DNA of 64,000 bases from an uncultured Actinomycetes bacterium (GTDB lineage Bacteria; Actinomycetota; Acidimicrobiia; IMCC26256; PALSA-610): the NCBI GenBank assembly GCA_963708105.1, contig OY970186.1, positions 3,083,221-3,147,220 on the forward strand, read 5' to 3'. Shown here in pieces: positions 53,316 to 62,777 of this stretch (positions are counted from its first letter, which is position 1; every line of letters starts with the position of its first letter). The notes beneath the pieces were generated by a model. That model did not search any database and was not told where the DNA came from. It saw only the letters and a list, made by a program, of their open reading frames with translations. Both the position numbers and the translations under genes were made by a program.

Positions 53316-54817
53316 ATGACCGCCACCGCCACTCCCGCCGCGGGTCTCAACCTGCACTCGGCCCGGGGCCGCATCGCACTCACCGCAACCGTCGGCGCGA
53401 GCGCGATGGCTGCGCTCGACGCCACGGTCGTGAACGTGGCGTTGCCGCACATCGGGGCCGACTTCGGCGCGAGCGTGAGTGCGCTGCAGTGGGTCCTGAC
53501 CGGCTACCTCCTCGCGCTCGCCTCGCTGATCCTGCTGGGCGGCGCGCTCGGTGACCGGTTCGGCCGGCGCCGGGTGTTCGTGATCGGCACGGTCTGGTTC
53601 GCGGCCGCGTCGCTGCTCTGCGGTGCAGCGCCGAACATCGAGGTGCTCGTCGCGGCGCGCGTGCTGCAAGGAGTCGGCGCGGCGTTGCTCACGCCCGGCA
53701 GCCTGGCGATCATCCAAGCGAGCTTCCGCGCCGACGACCGCGCCGCGGCAGTGGGCGCGTGGTCGGGGCTCGGCGGGGTCGCGGGCGCGATCGGTCCGTT
53801 CCTCGGCGGCTGGCTGGTCGACGGCCCGGGTTGGCGGTGGGCCTTCCTCATCAACGTTCCCGTCGCCGCGCTCGTCATCGTCTGCACGCGGCGGCGGTGC
53901 CGGAGACGCGCGATCCGCACGCGGCCCGGGGTCTCGATCTCGTCGGTGCGGGGCTCGCCGTCGTCACGCTGGGCGCGGCGACCTGGTCGCTGACGGAAGC
54001 GGGCCCGAGGGGTTGGACCGACCCTGCGGTGATGGTTGCGGGCGCGATCGCCGCGCTCGGCGTCGGTGCATTCGTGTGGCGCATGCTGCACACGCACGAT
54101 CCGCTCGTGCCGCCCGCGCTGTTCAAGAGTCGTGCGTTCACCGTCACCAACCTGGCCACCGTGTTGCTGTACAGCTCGATCGGGGTGTCGTTCTTCCTGG
54201 TCGCCTATCAGTTGCAGGTGGCGGCCGGTTGGTCGGCGCTACGCGCCGGAACCGCGTTGCTGCCCGCGACGCTGTTGATGTTTGCGTTGTCGGCCCGATC
54301 CGGCGCGCTCGCGCAGCGCATCGGACCGCGCCTGCAACTCACCGTCGGTCCGTTGCTCGCGGGCGCGGGACTCCTGCTTCTGACGCGCATCGGGCCGCAC
54401 ACGACGTGGATCACCGACGTGTTTCCCGGCTCGGTGGTGTTCGGCCTCGGGCTCGTCACGTTCGTGGCGCCGCTGACGGCCACCGTCATGGGTTCGGTCG
54501 ATCCCGACCACGTGAGCGTCGCGTCGGGTGTGAACAACGCCATCGCCCGCACCGCGAGCCTCGCGTCGCTGGCGGTGATTCCGGTGGTCTCCGGGCTCGC
54601 GGTTGCGTCGGGCGCCGACGCGGTTACCCACGCGTTTCGGGTGGCGCTCGTCATCTCCGCGATCGTGGCCGCCGCGGCCGCGCCCTTGAGCTTCATCGGG
54701 CTGCGCGCGCACGTCCGGGCGCGCCGCAGCGCGCGGCGCCTGTACTGCCCGGTCGACGGACCGCCGTTGCAGCCCGACCCCAACCAGTGTCCGCCGGTCG
54801 GCCTCGCGCCGGCGTGA
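53316..54817 (+). CDS. MFS transporter (DHA2/EmrB-like, 14-TM type); frame-disrupted
   Basis: LDATVVNVALPHI, LGDRFGRRRVF, GAWSGLGGVAGAIGPFLGGWL, many TM segments; hop near 53890. Confidence 0.8.
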
Positions 54818-54830
54818 GACCGGTGTCCGC

Positions 54831-55753
54831 CTAGGTGCGGTCGGCCTCGAGCTCGGCGCGGTCCCAGCTCGCCGATTCGGCGGCCGCTTCGTACGTGCTC
54901 TGCAGGAATGCGAGCAGCAGCGCGTCGGGGTCGGACGGCGGTGCGCACCGCGCGGTACGGCAGTACGAACTCGCCGAGGGCTTCGTCGTAGTACGCGGCC
55001 GCGGGAACGAGGGGCCATCGCGCGGAAGCCCTCCGGTTCGGGATACGCGTACGCGTAGAACGAACCTTCCTCGCTCCCGCCGGGCCAGAACCCGCAGCTG
55101 CTCACCTCGTGGCTGTACGCCTCCTGCATGACCCAGTCGGCGCAGTTGGGCGCACCACCCGGGTGCAGCGGCGCGCGGCGTCCGGAGAAGCGGGTGGTGG
55201 CGAGATCGAACGCGCCCCAGAAGAAGTGCACGGGACTGTTCTTGCCGATGAACCGGCCCCGGAAGTCGCGCAGCACCCGGTCGGATTGCACGAGCGCGAG
55301 CCAGAACCGGTGCATGGCGACCGCGTCATAGGAGTGGTGTTCGACATCGTCGGCGAACGGTGTGGCATCGGGGACCTCGACCGGTCGCGCCAAGATCGAT
55401 ACGTGCACGCCGAGCTCGTCGAGCGTGGCCATCGTCGCGCCGTAGAAATCGGCGACGGAACGCGGTTCGAGCGCAACACTTCGATGTAGTCCGTCGGTGG
55501 TGCGGAACGCGAGCACATGGTCGACGAAGTCGAACTCGATCTCGATGCCCCGGTCGGCCGCGTGCATGAGGGAAGTCGTCAGTCCCCGCGCCGAGACGTA
55601 GAGCGGGATCTGCCACCAGTGGTTCACCGGCGGCTCGAGTGCGAGGCGGACCTTGCCGACGATCTGCGTCCACATGTGCACGGTGGCGCGGGTGTCGTCC
55701 CAGTCGGCGAGGGTGATCTCGGGCCACGGTGTCATGGCATCGTCAGCGGGCAT
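54831..55753 (-). CDS. DUF5996 family protein; frame-disrupted near the 3' end
   Basis: MTPWPEITLADWDDTRATVHMWTQIVGKVRLAL, WWQIPLYVSARGLTT, FFWGAFDLATTRFSGR, GFWPGG; tail SWDRAELEADRT*. Confidence 0.7.
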
Positions 55754-55810
55754 CGTCCGCCGTTCTACTACCGGGAACGCGCCACGACTCGCCGACATGC
55801 GACGCCCCCT

Positions 55811-57512
55811 ATGGTGGCGGCTGCGATGAGTGATCCCGACCCCATCGAACCCGCGGAAGCGACGATCGCCTCCGAGGCCGCGTGGCCGCTGCTCGACGAG
55901 CGCACGCTCGCGGACATCTCCCCGTTCGGCGAGATCCGTGATGTCGCGCCCGGCGAGTTCCTGTATCGCGCCGGCGACCCGACTCCCGATTTCTTCGTCG
56001 TGTTGGAAGGCGAGGTCCAGATCGTCCGCCTCGACGACAACGCCGACGAAATGGTCGTCGCCACCCACGGGGCCCATCGCTTCCTCGGCGAGCTCAACCT
56101 GCTGACCGGACAGCGCGCGTACCTGTCGGCGCGCGATCTCGCAGCCCGGGCGCATCCTCGTGATTCCGCTGCCCACGCTGCGGCAGCTGATGAGCACCCG
56201 GCCCGACTTCTCCGACGTGGTGTTCCGCGCGCTCGTCGCTCGGCGCGAGATCCTGCGCGCCGGCGAAGGCGCGGGCGCGATCCGCATCATTGGTTCGCGC
56301 TACTCGTCGGAGGCGATGGCGTTGCGCGCGTTCGCGAATCGCTCGCGGCTGCCGCACCAATGGGTCGATCTCGAAGACCTCGACGACGCGCCGGTCTATC
56401 TCGCGACCCTGGGCGCACGGCCGGTCGACGTGCCGGTCGTCATCACGCCGACCGCAATGTTGCGCAAGCCGTCGGTGGGGGAGTTCGCCGAACATCTCGG
56501 TCTGACGTATCGCAACATCCCCGGCTACCTGAGCGATCTCGTCGTGGTCGGCACCGGACCCGCCGGTCTGGCGGCGTCGGTCTACGGCGCATCGGAAGGG
56601 CTCGAGACGCTCTCGCTCGACGCAGTCGGCGCGGGCGGGCAAGCGGGCGCGAGCTCGCGCATCGAGAACTACGTCGGCTTCCCGAACGGCGTATCGGGCG
56701 ACGATCTCGTCACTCGCGCTTCCATTCAGGCCATACGGCTCGGCGCTCGGCTCAACTCGCCGTGCGAGGTCGCGGGGCTGCGCCTGGAAGACGGATTCCA
56801 CGTGGTGGTCCTGGCCGACGGCAGCGAGATCCCGACCCGCGCCATCATCGTCGCCACCGGCGCGCGGTACCGCCGGCTCGAAGTCGAAGACCTCGAACGC
56901 TTCGAGGGTTCCGGTGTGTATTACGCGGCGACCGAGCTCGAAGCGCGTGTATGTCGCGGGTTCAACACGGTCGTGGTCGGCGGGGGCAACTCGGCCGGTC
57001 AGGCCGCGATCTTCATGGCGCAACAGGGAAGCCCGGTGTCGCTCATCGTGCGGCGCCGCGCACTCGTGGAGACGATGTCGCAGTACCTGATCTCGCGCAT
57101 CGAGGCCGACGATCGCATCCAGGTGTTGCAGCACACCGAGGTGCGCGGGCTCGGTGGTGTGGATCACCTCGAGGAAGTGACCCTCGAGGACAACGAGACC
57201 GGCGAACGGCGCGTGGTGCCGTGCCAAGGTCTGTTCTGCTTCATCGGCGCGATCCCCGCCACCGCGTGGCTCGGCGGATGCGTGTTGCTCGATCGTTCGG
57301 GCTTCGTCGTGACCGATCGGTCGCTGCCCGAAGCGATCGCCACCGGACAGGATTTCGGCGGACGGGATCCGTTGCCGTTCGAGACGTCGATCCCTGGCGT
57401 CTTCGCGGTCGGCGACGTGCGCAGCGGTTCACTGAAGCGCGTTGCGGCCGCGGTCGGGGAAGGTTCGAGCGCAGTGCGCCAGGTGCACGAGTACCTGACG
57501 ACGCACATCTAG
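55811..57512 (+). CDS. Cyclic-nucleotide-binding domain fused to thioredoxin-reductase-like FAD oxidoreductase; one hop
   Basis: cNMP-like FLYRAGDPTPDFFVVLEGEVQIV, FAD fold VVVGTGPAGLAASVYGASEGL, NAD(P) fold VVVGGGNSAGQAA, GVFAVGDVR; hop near 56150. Confidence 0.8.
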
Positions 57513-57556
57513 CGCGCGGGGCGCGCCGGGGCGCGCCGGGGCGCGCCGGGCGCGTG
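57511..57556. repeat. 10-bp GC-only tandem repeat between convergent genes
   Basis: gcgcgccggg x3 perfect (57521-57550), flanked by the degenerate units agcgcgcggg and cgcgtggg. Confidence 0.8.
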
Positions 57557-57560
57557 GGAT

Positions 57561-58349
57561 CTACCAGGTGAGGCCGAGGGTCGAGCGCATCGTGTGCTCG
57601 AAGGCCGCGTCGTCGAGTTGGGCGCGCGTGGCCAGGATCAGCTCCGCGTCGGCGCCGACGGTGTAACGCAAGCGCGGGGTCGGCGTGGTGATTGCGTCCC
57701 AGATCGCCTCGCCGACGATCTCGGGATCGGGTCGACCCGCGTCGCCCAGCAACTTCTCGTCGGCGCCGAACCATTGCGCGCCGAGCTCGTCGTAAGGCGC
57801 TTCCATCCCGTGGCGCGGTGCCGACTTCATGCCCGGCGCGATGTAACCGGGCTCGACGATCACGACGCGGATACCGAAGTGCGCGAGCTCGTAGTGGAGC
57901 GTCTCGCTCATTGCCTCGAGCGCGAACTTCGACGCCGCGTACGCGCCTTCGAGCGGCGCGCTCACGCGGCCGTTCACCGAACTGACGTTCACGATCGCGC
58001 CGCGACCGTTCCTACGCATGGCCGGGACCACCGCCTGCACCATGCGCAGCGCGCCGACGGTGTTCGTCTCGAAGCACGCGCGCAGGCGGTCGAGCGGATA
58101 GCGCTCCAGCGGACCGGCCGCGTTGATCGCGGCGTTGTTGACCAGCACATCGATGTCGCCCGCGGCGGCCAGACACGCGGCCACGGAGTCGTCGTCGGTG
58201 ACGTCGAGCGCGAGCCGGAGGGTCGCCGGAACCGAGGCGAGGAGCTCGGGTTGTCGCGCGGTCGCGACGACCTCGCAGCCCTTGGCGTCGAGTACGCGTG
58301 CCGTCGCGGCACCGATTCCACCCGCCGCGCCTGTGATCAATACGCGCAT
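57561..58349 (-). CDS. SDR family oxidoreductase
   Basis: Intact 262-aa ORF; ITGAAGGIGAA, NNAA, YAASKFALEA (YxxxK). Confidence 0.85.
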   Translation of the reverse strand: MRVLITGAAGGIGAATARVLDAKGCEVVATARQPELLASVPATLRLALDVTDDDSVAACLAAAGDIDVLVNNAAINAAGPLERYPLDRLRACFETNTVGALRMVQAVVPAMRRNGRGAIVNVSSVNGRVSAPLEGAYAASKFALEAMSETLHYELAHFGIRVVIVEPGYIAPGMKSAPRHGMEAPYDELGAQWFGADEKLLGDAGRPDPEIVGEAIWDAITTPTPRLRYTVGADAELILATRAQLDDAAFEHTMRSTLGLTW

Positions 58350-58568
58350 CGGTGGAGCGTACGCCTGTCGTATTCCGTGGTCTCAGCGCACCGGTGGGGC
58401 GAAAGTCGCGAATTCCTGCGTTATTTCTGAGGTTCAGCTTGTCTGGCTCGCCCCGGAACGTCTATTTTGCGGCTGGGACTTGCGTCTTACGGCGTGGGTG
58501 GGTGGAGCGACAACCGGTGGAGTCAGCAGGAGTACCTGTTGGCGGTTGTCGGAGAAGGGCGAGACGTG

Positions 58569-59531
58569 ATGGACGCTGTTGGTTCTGCGTGGACGCAGGC
58601 CGTCGACCGCGACGAGATGTTGCGCGCTCCGACCGCCGGCGTGGCTTTCCTACCCGGGCTCGTTCGCAGCGAGCGCCGCGATCGGGCCCATGGGTCTCGC
58701 ATCGCCAAGCCGTTGGTCATCGGGGCCGACATCGTGGCGATTGCCGCGGGAATGGGGCTGGCCGCGTTGATCCGCGACAGCGCGCGGCACGACCTGCACA
58801 CCACCCATGAGTCGATCTTCCTGACCGCGGCGGTCTCGATTCCGATCTGGCTCTTCCTGTTCGCCCGCTACAAGCTGTATTCGGCGGCCGCGGTCGCAAG
58901 CGCCACCGCCGAGTTGCGGCGCATCGTCCACGCCACCGCGGCGGCCGTGGCGTGCACTGCGCTCGTGGCAATCGTGTTGCACGAGAAAACCCCCCGCGGC
59001 TGGGTAATTCTCACGTTTTTCACCGCTTTGGTGACCGTCGTGGCCGAGCGGACGTTGGTTCGGCGGGCATTCAGCCGGGTCCGCGCCGGAGGCCGCATGC
59101 GGCGCCGCGTCGTGATCATCGGCGCCAATGCAGAGGCGCTCGGCTTCGCGCAGATGCTGCAAGCCAATGTCAACCTCGGTTACAACGTGCTCGGCGTGCT
59201 CGAGTGTGAAGGCGCCAGCCATCACGCGATGGGCGTGCGCTCGCCGATCCCGGTGCTCGGCAACTGCCGCGACACGCTCGACATCGTCAAAGCGCTCGAC
59301 GTCACCGGCGTGATCATCGCCACGAGTGCTGTCGACGTCCCGACCGCGAATCGTCTCGCCCGCGCGCTGCTCGAGCTCGAGTACCACGTCGAGCTGACGT
59401 CGGGTCTCGTCGACATCCCCGCCGACCGCTTGCTCGCCCGCCCCCTCGGCCGGCGTCCGGTCGTGTACATCCCGCCGACGCGTCGCCCCGTAGTGCGCGT
59501 CGGCCGCGCGGTCGGCTCCAAGCCCGCCTAA
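58569..59531 (+). CDS. N-terminal (membrane plus Rossmann-like) part of a polyprenyl glycosylphosphotransferase; catalytic domain absent
   Basis: TM segments LVIGADIVAIAAGMGLAALI, IFLTAAVSIPIWLFLFA, AAAVACTALVAIVL, WVILTFFTALVTVVA. Then VVIIGANAEALGFAQML...VIIATSAV as in WcaJ/EpsB-type priming transferases. The ORF stops at 59531 and I found no Bac_transf-like motif in any frame of the next ~390 nt. Confidence 0.6.
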   Translation: MDAVGSAWTQAVDRDEMLRAPTAGVAFLPGLVRSERRDRAHGSRIAKPLVIGADIVAIAAGMGLAALIRDSARHDLHTTHESIFLTAAVSIPIWLFLFARYKLYSAAAVASATAELRRIVHATAAAVACTALVAIVLHEKTPRGWVILTFFTALVTVVAERTLVRRAFSRVRAGGRMRRRVVIIGANAEALGFAQMLQANVNLGYNVLGVLECEGASHHAMGVRSPIPVLGNCRDTLDIVKALDVTGVIIATSAVDVPTANRLARALLELEYHVELTSGLVDIPADRLLARPLGRRPVVYIPPTRRPVVRVGRAVGSKPA

Positions 59532-59536
59532 CCCCC

Positions 59537-59640
59537 CGGAAACCCTGCCATCAGATGGCAGTGAAACCGACTCCATGAATCGGAAACCCTGCCATCTGAT
59601 GGCAGTGAAACCGACTCCATGAGTCGGAAAGCCTGCCAAC
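59537..59640. repeat. 44-bp tandem repeat (2 full units plus a partial third), each unit carrying two palindromes
   Basis: Units 59537-59580 and 59581-59624 differ at 2 positions; a partial unit starts at 59625. The palindromes are ctgccatc-N-gatggcag (59545-59561, 59589-59605) and ccgactc-cat-gagtcgg (59611-59627, one mismatch in the first copy). GAAACC recurs every 20 or 24 nt. Confidence 0.9.
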
Positions 59641-59668
59641 GCGGGCTCTGAGAAGGGGCTTCCTCCAT

Positions 59669-59737
59669 CGCGGGCTTGCCGCGGGCTTGCCGCGGTCTTG
59701 CGCGTGGGGACGCGATGGAGACGCGGTGGAGACGCGG
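59669..59737. repeat. Two families of 11-bp GC-rich tandem repeats
   Basis: cgcgggcttgc x2 plus cgcggtcttgc (59669-59701); tggagacgcgg x2 perfect (59716-59737) with degenerate flanking copies. Confidence 0.8.
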
Positions 59738-59921
59738 ACGCGACGGCGTGTGAGCGCGCGTCGCGACGGTGGCGCGTGCGCGGGGCGACGGAAAAACGAC
59801 GCGAACGAACTCGCAACTGCGACGGCCCTACGACGGCGCATCCCCCACGATGTCCGCGGGTTCGGGAGACGTGCCGCGTTGATGCGTGTCGCGGCGGTCT
59901 CGGTCGGAGAGGGGCAGAGCG

Positions 59922-60932
59922 ATGTCGCACGTCGACGGTGGTCAATGGCGTGGCCGTACGGCCTTGATAACGGGCATCGGCGGTTTCGTCGGTAGCGGGC
60001 TGGCCGAGGAATTGGTGCACCGGGGTGCGCACGTGGTCGGCATCCTGCGCGACTCACCGGGATCGCGGCTCCTGCAGCACCGCGAGATCGCCGATTCGGT
60101 CGACATCGTGCGGGGCAGCATCGTCGAGCCCGGTCTCGTCGAGCGGGCCGTCAACGAATACGCGGTCGACACGATCTTCCACCTGGCCGCACAGGCGATC
60201 GTCACGGTCGCCAACGCGAATCCGGTGTCGACGTTCGAGTCGAACATCGTCGGTACGTGGCAGGTGCTCGAAGCTGCCCGGCGCTCGCCGTCGGTGACGC
60301 GGGCCGTCGTTGCGTCGAGCGACAAGGCCTACGGGAACCAGGCAATCCTCCCGTACACCGAGGACACCGAGCTGGCCGGCATCTTCCCGTACGACGCGTC
60401 GAAGGTGTGCACCGACGTGCTCGCCCGTAGCTACGCGACGGCGTTCGGGCTGCCGGTCGCGGTCACGCGGTGCGCCAACATCTACGGACCCGGTGACCTG
60501 AACTGGAACCGTCTCATCCCGGGGACGATTCGTTCGGTGCTCGACGGCGAGGACCCGCTCATCCGCAGCGACGGCACGCTCGAGCGCGACTACCTCTACC
60601 TCGGCGACGCGGTCGAGGGTTACCTCGCGCTCGCCGACCACTTGCCCGACGTGAGCGGCGAAGCGTTCAACTTCGGCACCGAGTTGCCCGTCTCGGTGTT
60701 GTCGGTCGTCGAGAAGATCATCACCGCGGTGGGCGACGCCAACGTGAAGCCGCAAGTGCTCGGGGTCGCGACCAACGAGATCGACAAGCAGTCGCTCGCG
60801 TCGGCCAAGGCCGCCGACATGTTGGGCTGGACGCCGAACGTCGACCTCGACGAGGGCTTGCGCCGCTCGGTCGACTGGTACCGCGCGCATCTCGCGGACG
60901 AGCTCGACATCCGCGAGGGGGTACTCGCGTGA
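59922..60932 (+). CDS. rfbG: CDP-glucose 4,6-dehydratase-like NAD-dependent epimerase/dehydratase
   Basis: Intact; ITGIGGFVGSGLAEEL, ASSDKAYG, YDASKVCTD (YxxxK); start-stop coupled to the cytidylyltransferase. Confidence 0.8.
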   Translation: MSHVDGGQWRGRTALITGIGGFVGSGLAEELVHRGAHVVGILRDSPGSRLLQHREIADSVDIVRGSIVEPGLVERAVNEYAVDTIFHLAAQAIVTVANANPVSTFESNIVGTWQVLEAARRSPSVTRAVVASSDKAYGNQAILPYTEDTELAGIFPYDASKVCTDVLARSYATAFGLPVAVTRCANIYGPGDLNWNRLIPGTIRSVLDGEDPLIRSDGTLERDYLYLGDAVEGYLALADHLPDVSGEAFNFGTELPVSVLSVVEKIITAVGDANVKPQVLGVATNEIDKQSLASAKAADMLGWTPNVDLDEGLRRSVDWYRAHLADELDIREGVLA

Positions 60933-61690
60933 AGGTCGTGATCCTCTGCGGCGGGCTTGGCACCCGCGCGTACCCGTACACGAAGCGCATGCCCAAGGCC
61001 CTCATGCCGGTGTCGGGGCTGCCCGTGCTCGAACAGGTGATGCGCATCTACGTGTCGCAGGGTTTCGACGAGTTCGTGCTCGCGGTCGGATACCTGAAAG
61101 AAGACATCACGCGGTACTTCGACGCGACGGAGCGTTGGCAGGTCGACATCGTCGACACCGGCGACACGACCGACACCGGCGGCCGCGTTCGGCAGTGCCT
61201 CGACCTCGTCGGCGACCACTTCCACGCCACCTACTGCGACGGTCTCGGCGACGTCGACCTCGACGCGTTGACGCAGGCGCATCTTGCTCGGGGCGGCGCG
61301 ACGATGACGACGGTTCAACTCCGTTCGCAGTACGGCATTATCGAGTCCGACGACCTCGGCCGCATCGTGGGCTTCCAGGAGAAGCCGGTGCTGCCGGACT
61401 ACTGGATCAACGCCGGCTTCTTCGTCTTCGAGCGCGAAGCGTTCGCGGCGGCGTCGGGCGAGAACCTCGAGCGCGACGTACTGCCGCAGCTTGCGAGCGC
61501 CGGCGTGTTGCACGCCCATCGCCACTTCGGGTTCTGGCGTTCGATGGACACGTTCAAGGACCAACAGGAGCTCGACCGGCTCTGGGCACCATTCTCCGAG
61601 AGTCTCGACGAGCGTCTCGGTTACGACGAGCCGGAATCCGCACCGGACTGGCTCATGCAGCGTTACCAACTCGTTTCGGAGGGAACATGA
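60929..61690 (+). CDS. rfbF: Glucose-1-phosphate cytidylyltransferase
   Basis: Intact 253 aa; VILCGGLGTR, MPKALMPV, YWINAGFFVFE, FWRSMDTFKD. Confidence 0.85.
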   Translation: MKVVILCGGLGTRAYPYTKRMPKALMPVSGLPVLEQVMRIYVSQGFDEFVLAVGYLKEDITRYFDATERWQVDIVDTGDTTDTGGRVRQCLDLVGDHFHATYCDGLGDVDLDALTQAHLARGGATMTTVQLRSQYGIIESDDLGRIVGFQEKPVLPDYWINAGFFVFEREAFAAASGENLERDVLPQLASAGVLHAHRHFGFWRSMDTFKDQQELDRLWAPFSESLDERLGYDEPESAPDWLMQRYQLVSEGT

Positions 61691-62777
61691 CCGCGCCCGG
61701 ACTACGACGTCAACGCCGTATCAGCCTCGGACCTGTCGATGTGACGGTGGCAGTGCCGCCCGAGCTGGCCGACCGCGTGCGGGTGAACTCGCTGTATCGC
61801 CACATGGTCAAGCCCGCGTTCGATCGCCTGTCGCGCGCGAACGGCAACGGCCACACGAACGGCAACGGTCACGCGAACGGGAATGGCAACGGTCACGTCG
61901 ACATCGACCTGTCGGCCGTCACCGTTCCCGCGGTCGCACCCGATCCCGAATCGCTCGACGCCGAGGGCCGCGAGCTGATCGAGAAGGTCGCGCGGCGGCA
62001 GTGGTACCACACGATCGACCTGGGTCACGGCGTGGTGACGCCGGGCTTCGTCGACCACCGCGAACAGTTGCCGTACTACGCGATCCCCGCGTCGCTCGAA
62101 GGGCTGCGGGTGCTCGACGTCGCGACGTTCGACGGTTACTGGGCGTTCGAATTCGAGCGTAGGGGCGCAGAGGTCGTGGCCGCCGACATCCCCCGGTGGA
62201 GTGATGTCGACGTGCCACGGCTGATGCTCAAGTACGCGAAGGAGTTCGGTCTCGACCGGCCGACCGGCGACGGGTTCAAGATCGCGCACGACGCGTTGAA
62301 CTCGAAGGTCGAGCGGGTCGAGTGCAGTGTGTACGACCTCGATCCGGCCAAGCTCGGGACGTTCGACATCGTGTTCATCAGCGACCTGCTGGTGCACTTG
62401 CGCGACCCGCAGCTCGCGCGTCGAGCGCCGCGTTTTCCGTGTGTCACGGTGAAGTGGTCGTGGCCGACGTGTACACACCGCAGCTCGACGGCTTCGGCGA
62501 TCTTTCGCTCGCGCAGTTCACCGCGCCGGGCGAGACGTGGTGGCTCCCGAACGCGGAGGCGTTGCGGGCGATGATGGTCGTGGCCGGCTTCGAGCCGATC
62601 GACGAGATCTCGCGCTTCACGTTGCAGGCGACGGCCGAGGACACGATCCACAAAGTCGTGTTGCGGGGCCGGGCCCCGGAGCAGCCGAGCTGGGTGCGGA
62701 TGGCGCTCGACTACCGCGCCGCCACGCTGGCCCAAGAAAACGAAGCCCTGGTTGCCGCAACAAAGGAGCAGTCATGA
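61687..62777 (+). CDS. CmoB/DUF1698-like methyltransferase-fold protein, paralogue 1; two close hops near 62413-62425
   Basis: ATGA coupling to rfbF; WYHTIDLGHGVVTPG, VLDVATFDGYWAFEFERRGAEVVAADI, FDIVFISDLLVHLR, ADVYTPQLDGFGD, TWWLPN, HKVVLRG. Confidence 0.65.
61837..61896 (+). repeat. In-frame 18-nt tandem repeat encoding (A/T)NGNGH units
   Basis: gcgaacggcaacggccac / acgaacggcaacggtcac / gcgaacgggaatggcaacggtcac, giving ANGNGHTNGNGHANGNGNGH in the N-terminal extension of paralogue 1; absent from paralogue 2. Confidence 0.85.

Noticed and set aside
59537-59640. CRISPR array
   Set aside because: The 44-bp units are directly adjacent with no spacers, there are only 2.3 copies, and there are no cas genes in the window.
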